Shown here: positions 27,700 to 35,475 of the stretch, one piece after another
Layout of the letters: each line of letters starts with the position of its first letter
Position numbering within the stretch: position 1 is the stretch's first letter
Notes under the pieces: model-generated
What the model was told of the DNA's origin: nothing
Seen by the model: the letters and a program-made list of their open reading frames with translations, nothing else
The model's database searches: none
Assembly: GCA_027296055.1 (NCBI GenBank)
Contig: JAPUJT010000021.1
Span: 1,900-65,899 of the forward strand
DNA: 64,000 nt
From: Planctomycetota bacterium
GTDB taxonomy: Bacteria; Planctomycetota; JAPUJT01
Direction of reading: 5' to 3'
Translations under genes and position numbers: made by a program

Positions 27700-28663
27700 A
27701 TCCCATCGGAGGGAGCTCTTCCGGGGCTCCGTTCCGGTGAATGGTGCAGCCACTTTTGACAATCGTGCCGATGCGGGTGATCGCCATCTCCTGGGGCGGC
27801 GACGCCGTGATCGTCAGTGAGGCCTCCTTCGACAGAGTGAAGAGCAGCTCGAAATCCTCCCCATCGGCCAGGGCGTGGTCCAGGGGAGACTTCCCCGTGC
27901 GGCGGGCGAGGGTCTGGGCGTCCTCGGAGATGGGCACGGCTGATCCGTCAATCTCGGCCCCCACCGCGCTCGCCTCCAGTATGTGGTGCAGGTCTCGGGC
28001 CAGGCCATCGCTGATATCGATCATCGAGTGGATCGTGCATTTGCTACGAAGCTCTGCCACTTCACGCACTCGGGGAGTGAAGTCCAGGTGCCTGCCCAGG
28101 ATCGAACCTCCGACGCGGCCGGTGACGCAGATAGCGTCCCCGATCCGCGCGCCGGATCGGAGAACCGGCTGGCCCCTTCCCAGGCAGGTGACGCTGATCG
28201 CCAGGGCCCCCTCCCAGGAGGTCGAATCGCCCCCCACTATCTGTACATCGAACTCGTCCGCCACTTCCTTCATCCCGAGGTAGAGGTCCTGCAGAGCCGC
28301 GAGGCGGGTCTCTACCGGGGCCGTCACCGTGGCGACGGCAACCGTCGGGCGGCCTCCCATGGCGGCGATGTCCGATAGACAGACGGCCATCGCCTTTCGC
28401 CCCGCAAGCCGCGGCCCAACCTCGGCGAGGTGAAAATCTACGCCATCACATATTGCATCGGTCGTCACGAGCAAGGGATCGCCGCTGTCGGAGGTGATGA
28501 CGGCGGCGTCGTCCCCCACGCCGACTTCCACGGGGGGCCTCGGGGGCGAACGATCACGGATCCATCGGACGTACTCTATCTCATCCGGCACGGCGGCGAT
28601 TCTCGCAAACTCCCTTCTCGCAAGGGATTCCTTGTACCGAGGTAATTCGGGGGTGTCAAGCAC
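27680..28663 (-). CDS. thiL: Thiamine-monophosphate kinase
   Basis: REFARI..., VGVGDDAAVI, LLVTTDAICDGVDFHL, AVCLSDIAAMGG, QIVGGDST. Start set at in-frame GTG 28663, giving a typical ~327 aa. The longest ORF (to 29014) would overlap the divergent ACSL gene. Confidence 0.8.
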   Translation of the reverse strand: MLDTPELPRYKESLARREFARIAAVPDEIEYVRWIRDRSPPRPPVEVGVGDDAAVITSDSGDPLLVTTDAICDGVDFHLAEVGPRLAGRKAMAVCLSDIAAMGGRPTVAVATVTAPVETRLAALQDLYLGMKEVADEFDVQIVGGDSTSWEGALAISVTCLGRGQPVLRSGARIGDAICVTGRVGGSILGRHLDFTPRVREVAELRSKCTIHSMIDISDGLARDLHHILEASAVGAEIDGSAVPISEDAQTLARRTGKSPLDHALADGEDFELLFTLSKEASLTITASPPQEMAITRIGTIVKSGCTIHRNGAPEELPPMGYVHEFR

Positions 28664-28708
28664 TGGCCCCTTGCCTCGCTGTGCAGCGGGACATAAGATA
28701 GGCCGGCC

Positions 28709-31700
28709 ATGAACTCCGCCTCTCCCCTGGGGGGTGCTCCCGAAAAAACGCTGATCGAAGCCTTCCTCAATCGTGTGCAGGCTTGGGGAGATCGACCGGC
28801 TCTGCACGTCAAGCGCGAAGGCCGGTTCCATCCCATGACCTTCCGTGAGATGGGAGAGCAGGTTCGCAATCTTGCGCTCGGCCTGATCTCCCGGAAGGTA
28901 GGTGTCGGCGATCGGGTGGGCATCCTCTCGGAAAACCGACCCGAATGGGCCATCGCAGATCTGGCGATCCAGGCCGCTGGCGCCCTGACCGTGCCTATCT
29001 ACGCCACGAGCCACACCAATCAGATCCAGCCGATCATGAAGGATGCCGGCTGCAAGCTGGTGATCGCTTCCGACGAGGAACAGCTCCGTAAACTGGCGGA
29101 TGCCAAGCCGGGAGCGCCGACGTTACGCACCGTCGTCGTGATGGAGGAGTTCAAGCATTCGCCTGAGGGGCTGGTGACCGTTCCTTACGCCGACGTGATC
29201 GAGGCGGGGGCCAAGGCGAAGAGCGACGGGCCGATTGCCAAGCGGACGTCCCGGCTGACCGAGGACGATCTGGCCACCATCATCTATACGTCGGGGACCA
29301 CGGGAGAGCCGAAAGGGGTGATGCTCTCTCACGGGAACATCCTCACGAATATCCGGGCGCTCGAAGAGGTGTTTCCTCTCGGCGCTGAGGACCTCGTCCT
29401 CTCCTTCCTGCCCCTCTCTCACGTCCTGGAGCGCACATGTGGCCTGCACACGATGCTCTATCAGGGGGTGGGGATCGCCTTCGCCGAATCCATGGAACAA
29501 GTGGCCGAGAACATGAGAGAGATTCACCCCACCCTCATGTTGGGTGTGCCTCGCTTCTTCGAGAAGGTCCACCAGAAGATCGAAGGCGTCCTCACGGAAG
29601 GCTTCGTCAAGACAAGGATCTTCCGGTGGGCGATGGGTGTGGGAGCTCGATACCGCGCCGCCGTCCGCGAAGGCCGCCCGGTCCCCATTCTCCTGCGCTA
29701 CCAGTTCGAAAGAGCGGATCGTTTGATCTTTCAGAAGATCCGGGAGCGGATGGGAGGCCGCATCCGCTTCTTCATCTCCGGAGGTGCCCCGCTTCCAGGG
29801 GCGGTCGCCCGGTTCTTCGAAGTGATGGGCACACCGATCCTGGAGGGATACGGTCTGACCGAAACCTCACCCGTCGTCTCCTTCAATGCTCCAGGATCGG
29901 CGAAGGAAGGCACCGTTGGCCGGGTCATCCGGGACGTCGAGGTGAAACTCGACGAGGATGGTGAGATCCTCGTGCGAGGTCCGAACGTGATGCAAGGCTA
30001 TTACCAGAATCCGGACGCCACGGCCGAAGTGATGACGGAGGATGGATTCTTCCGGACGGGTGACATCGGAGAGCTCGATGAGGAGCAGTACCTGCGTATA
30101 ACGGACAGGAAGAAGGACATCCTCGTCACATCGGGCGGCAAGAACATCCCTCCGCAGAAGATAGAGAACCTGATGCGGTCGGATAGGTTCATCCAGGAGA
30201 TAGTAATCTGCGGCGATGGCCGGAACTACCTCACCGCCCTGATCGTCCCTGCCTTCGATATGCTGGAGCGGCACGCTCGCCAGGAGAAGATCCCCTACTA
30301 CGAGGTTCAGGATCTCGTCGAGAATCCCCAGATCCATGGCCTCCTGCAGAAGCGCATCGAGGCTCTACAGGCTACACTCCCTCGATTCGAGCAGATAAAG
30401 AAGTTCACCCTCCTCAACAAGGATCTCTCCTTCGAGGACGGAGAGGTGACGCCGACGATGAAAGTTCGGCGTGGCGTGATCTACGAGAAGTATCGGGATG
30501 AGATAGAGCGAATGTACGACCCGACCGACCTTGCCGTGACGCGGGCGGAAATCCAGAAGGTGCTTCTCGAGTCGGCGGGAAGATCCCGAGGGACGATTGA
30601 CAAGGCCCGACGCCCTCGCCTGCAGCAGACGCTGGCGGGGATGTTCCAGCGATCTGTGGACGCCTATGGCCGGAAACCCGCCCTGTGGGTGCCGTCGCGG
30701 GCCGGATTCGAGCCGGTGACCTACGCCAGGCTCGGTCGCCTCGTCCGGGAGTTCGGCCTGGGGCTGATCAGCCTGGGGGTCGGCCAGAAGGAGCCGGTGG
30801 CCCTCATCTCGGATAATCGGTTCGAGTGGCTCCTCAGTGACCTGGCCATCCTCTCGATCGGGGGAGTCGACGTCCCCAGGGGTACCGATTCCGTCGCCCA
30901 GGAGATCGCCTATATCTTTAACCATGCCGAGACCAGGATCGTGCTGGTGGAGGACGAGCGCCAGCTCGAGAAGATCCTGGGAATCCGCGCTGAGTGTCCG
31001 AAGGTGAAGAAGATCATCGTCCTGGATGAAGCCTATCGAGGCGGAGTGTCGAAGGACATCCTGGCCTTCGATGACGTCCTGAAGGCGGGCCGGGCGCTGG
31101 TCGATCGACGCGATCGACGATTCGACGAGCGTATCGCCGCCATCCACCCCTCGGATCCGTCCACGATCATCTACACATCGGGGACCACAGGAAAGCCTAA
31201 GGGCGTGGTCCTCTCCCACGCCAACATGATGCACAACGTTCGAGTCCTGCCGCCGCTGATCCAGCTGGGGCCCGATGACCGATTCCTGTCGATACTCCCT
31301 TCGTGGCATTCCTTCGAGAGAATCGTGGAATACGTCGGACTCTCGAAGGGAGCCCTCCTCGCCTATTCCAAACCCGTGAGAAAGATTCTCCTTCGAGATC
31401 TCGCCATCGTGAAACCGACGTTCATGGCCGCAGTCCCCCGGGTCCTGGAGGGGATACACACGGGAGTCCTGGGGAAAGTCAGGAAGCAAGGAGCCATCAA
31501 ACGGGTGGTCTTTCGGTTCGCCCTCTGGGTAGGCGGGCGATACGACTGGGCCTGCACCGTCCTTGCCGGGATGGAGGCGGAATACACTCGTCGGTCGGCA
31601 TGGTCGAAGAAGCTGCGTCGAATCTACGCCAGGCTGGTCGAGTTGAGCCTCCGTCGAATTCACCGCAGGATGGACAAAGCGATCTTCAAGAAGATCCGGG

Positions 31701-32518
31701 ATGGGACGGGCGGCGCTCTACGCGGGATTGTGAGCGGTGGCGGGGCCCTACCGGATCACGTGGAGGACTTCTTCCGGGGGATCGGAATGGTCGTCCTGGA
31801 GGGGTACGGGCTGACGGAGACTTCCCCCGTGGTCGCCGTGCGGACGCTGGAGCGCCGTCCGCCGCATACCGTCGGCCCACCCCTGCCCGAAACCGAGATC
31901 CGGATCGTGGACGAACAGGGCCGGTCCGTCCCCCACGGAACGAAAGGGGTCGTTCACGTGAGAGGTCCGCAGGTGATGGCGGGCTATCACCGTGATCCGG
32001 AGGCGACGGAGCGCGTGATAGACAGGGACGGATGGTTCGACACCGGAGACCTGGGTCGCCTCACGCTTCAGGGAGACCTGGAGATCACCGGTCGAGCAAA
32101 GGATACGATCGTGCTGCTCTCCGGAGAGAACGTCGAGCCGGAGCCGCTCGAGGGGAAGCTGAAGCAGAGCCCGCTGATCTCCCAGGTTATGGTCGTGGGG
32201 CAGGACAAGAAGTATCTGGGAGCCCTCGTCGTTCCAGATCTCACGGGCCTGAGCGAGGGGGACGAACTGGAAGGGATGGATACAGGCGACCTGGTCCGTT
32301 CAGCCAAGGACCCGAGGCTGAAGGAGATCATCGGCAAGGAGATCGATCGGCTCATCAATGCGAAGAACGGTTTCCGTCGAATCGAGAGAGTGCAACGCTT
32401 CGCCCTGCTGGGAGATGATTTTCGCGTGGGCGAGGAGCTGACCCATACGCTGAAGATGAAGAGGATCGTGATCGCCGAGAAGTACAGGAAGTTGATCGAG
32501 TCTCTCTACGAGGGCTGA
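28709..32518 (+). CDS. Tandem double long-chain acyl-CoA synthetase (two complete AMP-binding/ANL modules in one 1269-aa ORF)
   Basis: Module 1 has IIYTSGTTGEPKGVMLSHGNI, GYGLTETSPVV, TGDIGELD...RKKD and TPTMKVRR. Module 2 has IIYTSGTTGKPKGVVLSHANM, GYGLTETSPVV, TGDLGRL...RAKD and THTLKMKR. The second module restarts with TLAGMFQRSVDAYGRKPAL, parallel to TLIEAFLNRVQAWGDRPAL. Confidence 0.8.
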   Translation: MNSASPLGGAPEKTLIEAFLNRVQAWGDRPALHVKREGRFHPMTFREMGEQVRNLALGLISRKVGVGDRVGILSENRPEWAIADLAIQAAGALTVPIYATSHTNQIQPIMKDAGCKLVIASDEEQLRKLADAKPGAPTLRTVVVMEEFKHSPEGLVTVPYADVIEAGAKAKSDGPIAKRTSRLTEDDLATIIYTSGTTGEPKGVMLSHGNILTNIRALEEVFPLGAEDLVLSFLPLSHVLERTCGLHTMLYQGVGIAFAESMEQVAENMREIHPTLMLGVPRFFEKVHQKIEGVLTEGFVKTRIFRWAMGVGARYRAAVREGRPVPILLRYQFERADRLIFQKIRERMGGRIRFFISGGAPLPGAVARFFEVMGTPILEGYGLTETSPVVSFNAPGSAKEGTVGRVIRDVEVKLDEDGEILVRGPNVMQGYYQNPDATAEVMTEDGFFRTGDIGELDEEQYLRITDRKKDILVTSGGKNIPPQKIENLMRSDRFIQEIVICGDGRNYLTALIVPAFDMLERHARQEKIPYYEVQDLVENPQIHGLLQKRIEALQATLPRFEQIKKFTLLNKDLSFEDGEVTPTMKVRRGVIYEKYRDEIERMYDPTDLAVTRAEIQKVLLESAGRSRGTIDKARRPRLQQTLAGMFQRSVDAYGRKPALWVPSRAGFEPVTYARLGRLVREFGLGLISLGVGQKEPVALISDNRFEWLLSDLAILSIGGVDVPRGTDSVAQEIAYIFNHAETRIVLVEDERQLEKILGIRAECPKVKKIIVLDEAYRGGVSKDILAFDDVLKAGRALVDRRDRRFDERIAAIHPSDPSTIIYTSGTTGKPKGVVLSHANMMHNVRVLPPLIQLGPDDRFLSILPSWHSFERIVEYVGLSKGALLAYSKPVRKILLRDLAIVKPTFMAAVPRVLEGIHTGVLGKVRKQGAIKRVVFRFALWVGGRYDWACTVLAGMEAEYTRRSAWSKKLRRIYARLVELSLRRIHRRMDKAIFKKIRDGTGGALRGIVSGGGALPDHVEDFFRGIGMVVLEGYGLTETSPVVAVRTLERRPPHTVGPPLPETEIRIVDEQGRSVPHGTKGVVHVRGPQVMAGYHRDPEATERVIDRDGWFDTGDLGRLTLQGDLEITGRAKDTIVLLSGENVEPEPLEGKLKQSPLISQVMVVGQDKKYLGALVVPDLTGLSEGDELEGMDTGDLVRSAKDPRLKEIIGKEIDRLINAKNGFRRIERVQRFALLGDDFRVGEELTHTLKMKRIVIAEKYRKLIESLYEG

Positions 32519-33573
32519 GCCGCCGTCCGCTCCGCCTCGTCGAGCTGGCGGAGACCCTCCATGAGGAGCGTCATCGTGTCCATTGTGATCTTCTGCTCGA
32601 ACTCGCCTTCGGTAGGTTGGAATCGGAAGTTCCCCGACTTCCACTTGACGAGCTCGTAGAACGCCGCCTCCCCTTCCAGGTCCCCATAGCGGGATTGAAA
32701 GATCGCCCCGTCCTTGAAGGCGATCTCCGCCACCTCACCCTTGCTCGACAGACGAAGGATGCCCGTGCGCCGGCTCACGGCCATGGCCTGAACCATCTCG
32801 GGAAGGCTGATCAGGCTGAGACGGCCGATGATCCCCTTCTCCAGCTCGTCGGCCACTGCCCTCGAGGTCCGTTTGAGACGCTGGGAGAGGAGTTTGGTGA
32901 AGTAGATGTTCAGCGAGGGAAACTTCTCGAGGATCTGATCGAACGATTCCTTCTTCATCACCAGACAGAGGACGTCTCCCGCCGTCTGGATATCAGCAGA
33001 GCACGCGTCGCCTGTGATCAAGGACATCTCTCCGAAGCAGTCCCCATCCTTGAGGGTGGCGATGACGTTCGTGTGACCCTCCTCGTCCGTCTGCAAAACT
33101 TCCACCTTGCCTTTGACTATGATGAAGAGGTTCCGCCCGGTGTCTCCCTTGTTGAGGATCCTCTCACGGGCGCCGAAGCGTTGCACTCCCAGGTGTCGGA
33201 TGATCTCCTTGAGGGACCTCTCTTGGACCGGCTTGAACATGGGGATCCCGCGGAGGAGGTCGAGAAGGTAGCGGATCTTCTCATCGCTCTTCTCCTCCTC
33301 CTGGACGCCGACGACTTCCAGGTGGAACGTGGTCCTTGCGCCGTCCCCGGTGCATCCGGGGCAGATCAGGGAAGACGGTTCGGAGAGGCTCGTGCGAGCG
33401 GACTCGGGAGGTATCGTTTTCAGAAGCTGGACGAAGGCTCCTACAGCCTCGGCGCAGATCGCGTTGGACTCCAGCGTGACCTCGGGAGGCCGGATTATCA
33501 TCCGATCACCCTTGCTGAAGAGCGGGCAATTTTCCGCTTCGTCAACGACGAAGTGGTAGAGTTCCTCGCCCAT
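32506..33573 (-). CDS. Cyclic-nucleotide-binding domain protein with C-terminal DUF4388 (PATAN-like) domain and Cys-containing N-terminal domain
   Basis: cNMP-binding block RNLFIIVKGKVEVL...DGDCFGEMSLITGDACSADI. C-terminal SLPEMVQAMAVSRRTGILRLS...EAAFYELVKWKSGNFRF (DUF4388-like). Start ATG 33573 follows AAGGGGGA. Confidence 0.7.
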   Translation of the reverse strand: MGEELYHFVVDEAENCPLFSKGDRMIIRPPEVTLESNAICAEAVGAFVQLLKTIPPESARTSLSEPSSLICPGCTGDGARTTFHLEVVGVQEEEKSDEKIRYLLDLLRGIPMFKPVQERSLKEIIRHLGVQRFGARERILNKGDTGRNLFIIVKGKVEVLQTDEEGHTNVIATLKDGDCFGEMSLITGDACSADIQTAGDVLCLVMKKESFDQILEKFPSLNIYFTKLLSQRLKRTSRAVADELEKGIIGRLSLISLPEMVQAMAVSRRTGILRLSSKGEVAEIAFKDGAIFQSRYGDLEGEAAFYELVKWKSGNFRFQPTEGEFEQKITMDTMTLLMEGLRQLDEAERTAAQPS

Positions 33574-33593
33574 GAGTTCCCCCTTGTCTTTCG

Positions 33594-34109
33594 CTAGCCT
33601 ATTCCGCGGACGAGCCGCTCCAGGGCCTTCTTCTCTCGATTCCCCGGCCCGTCGAAGGTGAGCCCGACGTTCAGGAACCTCTCCCCCTCCGCCTCGATCA
33701 GACGGACAGGTCGACACCGGTATTCAAGGCCGTTGAGTGAGTCGTCCTGCACTTCGAGAACATAGTAATGCGGGGCGGCCGGCAGGTGATCCCCATTCAG
33801 CTTGAGCTTGCCAAGGAGAAACCCGTTGGCGCTGAAATCCTTTATCACGCCGCTCCCCTCGCCCCACAGCGATCCGTCGCGAAGATAGATCCGAAATCGG
33901 GCCGTCGCTTCGGCCTCCTGGCGAGGGCTTTCCCTCCGCTGGGATTTCATATAGCCGAGCACGCGGGCCGCTTCTTCGACTCGTTCCACCGTGTCGCGCG
34001 AAAACCGCTCGCGATTGTAATGGTTCAGAATCTTGGAAACGGTGGAGCGATCCAGCCCCAGGTGATCGGCAATCTCTTTCTTGGTTGGTCCCAGTCCCGA
34101 GGACCCCAC
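33594..34109 (-). CDS. LacI-type HTH fused to a PilZ domain (putative c-di-GMP-responsive transcription factor)
   Basis: N-terminus TKKEIADHLGLDRSTVSKILNH...VERVEEAARVLGY resembles a LacI-family HTH. The C-terminal PilZ motifs RIYLR (RxxxR) and DFSANG (DxSxxG) are ~20 aa apart. Confidence 0.7.
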   Translation of the reverse strand: MGSSGLGPTKKEIADHLGLDRSTVSKILNHYNRERFSRDTVERVEEAARVLGYMKSQRRESPRQEAEATARFRIYLRDGSLWGEGSGVIKDFSANGFLLGKLKLNGDHLPAAPHYYVLEVQDDSLNGLEYRCRPVRLIEAEGERFLNVGLTFDGPGNREKKALERLVRGIG

Positions 34110-34279
34110 TCCCAGTTACCTCCATACTACCGATACGGTTGTGGCAGAGCCCCGCCTCCGCGAGATCGTGGCTCGAGCCGTCTCTCCGGGGAGCCGCCCA
34201 GCCCGTGAACAGCCCGCCCGATATGGTCGGATCGATTGCCTGTTCGCGTCTCGGGACGATTCCTTCAGAGGACCGGGAA

Positions 34280-34308
34280 AGTCTACTACAGGTATCCACC
34301 GAAGTCAA
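34280..34308 (-). promoter_or_regulatory. Candidate sigma70-type promoter for the HTH-PilZ operon
   Basis: Minus strand: TTGACT (34308-34303), 17-nt spacer, TAGACT (34285-34280). This would give a ~160-nt leader before the GTG at 34109. Confidence 0.3.
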
Positions 34309-34437
34309 GGCCCATACTAGACCTCTGGAGATCGGGCTCTACCGTGAATCGGACGGTCCTTCGCGTGAATTGGCGATATGCGGACCGCGAGGATTCGCCA
34401 GTTGCCGGCCACTCACTCGCGTGAACTAACCCTATAC

Positions 34438-35436
34438 CTAGGGATGTCTGCCGAACTTTATGTTCAGCTCCTTCTCCTTCTCGCCTCGCCGGATGAGAAT
34501 CGAGATCTCGTCGCCTTCGAAATAGTTTTGCAGGACGGAATAGAGGGAGTCGGAGTCGCCAGTCCTCTTCCCGTCTATCTTCAGGAGGATGTCCCCCTTT
34601 TTCATGCCCGCTCTCTCCGCCGGACTATCCTTGGTGACGGAGAGAATCTTCACGCCTCCGTCGCCGGGCTCCCCGCGAAAACCCATCCAACCGGGCTTGC
34701 GAGCCGCAGGACGATCGATCCGCCTCACGCGTACGCGAGGAGGCTGAGCCACCTTTGGCCTCTCCTCCACCTTCCCCGCCGGAACCGGCACGCGCTCGTC
34801 GGGATGCTCTACAAGCTTCACGGTCAGGGTGTTCGACCAGCCTCCGCGGAGGACGTCTAGCTTGAGCGTCGCGCCCGGGGCCAGATCCCCGAGAAGCTCC
34901 GCGAAGCCCTCCTCGCTGCGTAGCTTCTTTCCGTTGGCCTTGGTGAGGATATCATCCTGCTTCAGCCCCGCCTTGGCGGCTGGTGTCCCGTCCCGCACAG
35001 CGACGACACGGATGCCCGCTTTCGCCTCGCCGATCTCCACTCCGAGATAGGCCCTCTTCTTCTTCGGCTTCTCGACCTTGCGCTCGCCGAGAATGACCGA
35101 AATCTTCTTCTCCCAGCCATCCTTGTTCCGCACGATGAGGACAAGTCGGTCTCCGGCGGAAGCCTGTGTCAGGAACTGTACGAGCTCCTTCCCATTGGCG
35201 ATCTCTCGGTCATTGCAGCGGATCACGCGAAGGCCCTTTTTGAGGCCCGCGCTAGCGGCCGGGGACCCGTCCTGGATGCCGAAGAGATAGGCGCCATTGG
35301 TGCTGTCCGCCTCGTCCTCCAGCTCGACCCCGAGGTACGCGCCGTCGAGAGCGTGGCCGATCATGGCCCCGGTCGCGAGGAGCATGCCGAAAACCGCCAG
35401 GCAGGCGATCCGCCTCCAGCTGTTCGATGAAACCAT
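34438..35436 (-). CDS. Secreted or membrane-anchored protein with three PDZ domains
   Basis: AGGAGGG RBS and N-terminal hydrophobic signal. Three PDZ-like units: GSPAASAGLKKGLRVIRCND, GTPAAKAGLKQDDILTKANG, DSPAERAGMKKGDILLKIDG. Confidence 0.7.
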   Translation of the reverse strand: MVSSNSWRRIACLAVFGMLLATGAMIGHALDGAYLGVELEDEADSTNGAYLFGIQDGSPAASAGLKKGLRVIRCNDREIANGKELVQFLTQASAGDRLVLIVRNKDGWEKKISVILGERKVEKPKKKRAYLGVEIGEAKAGIRVVAVRDGTPAAKAGLKQDDILTKANGKKLRSEEGFAELLGDLAPGATLKLDVLRGGWSNTLTVKLVEHPDERVPVPAGKVEERPKVAQPPRVRVRRIDRPAARKPGWMGFRGEPGDGGVKILSVTKDSPAERAGMKKGDILLKIDGKRTGDSDSLYSVLQNYFEGDEISILIRRGEKEKELNIKFGRHP

Positions 35437-35475
35437 TCTGACTACCCTCCTGTTCTGGCCTTCCTTCCGGAGACC

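Noticed and set aside
28664-29014. N-terminal 117-aa extension of the thiL ORF.
   Set aside because: It would overlap the divergent ACSL gene start. ThiL homology begins only near ...REFARI, and in-frame GTG 28663 gives a normal-length protein.
34110-34437. Possible c-di-GMP (GEMM) riboswitch or small RNA gene (6S/SRP-like) in the long spacer.
   Set aside because: I could not find the conserved GEMM core (…GGCAAA…GGACGCAAAGCC…) or SRP/6S hallmarks on either strand. It is kept only as an unexplained leader in the findings.
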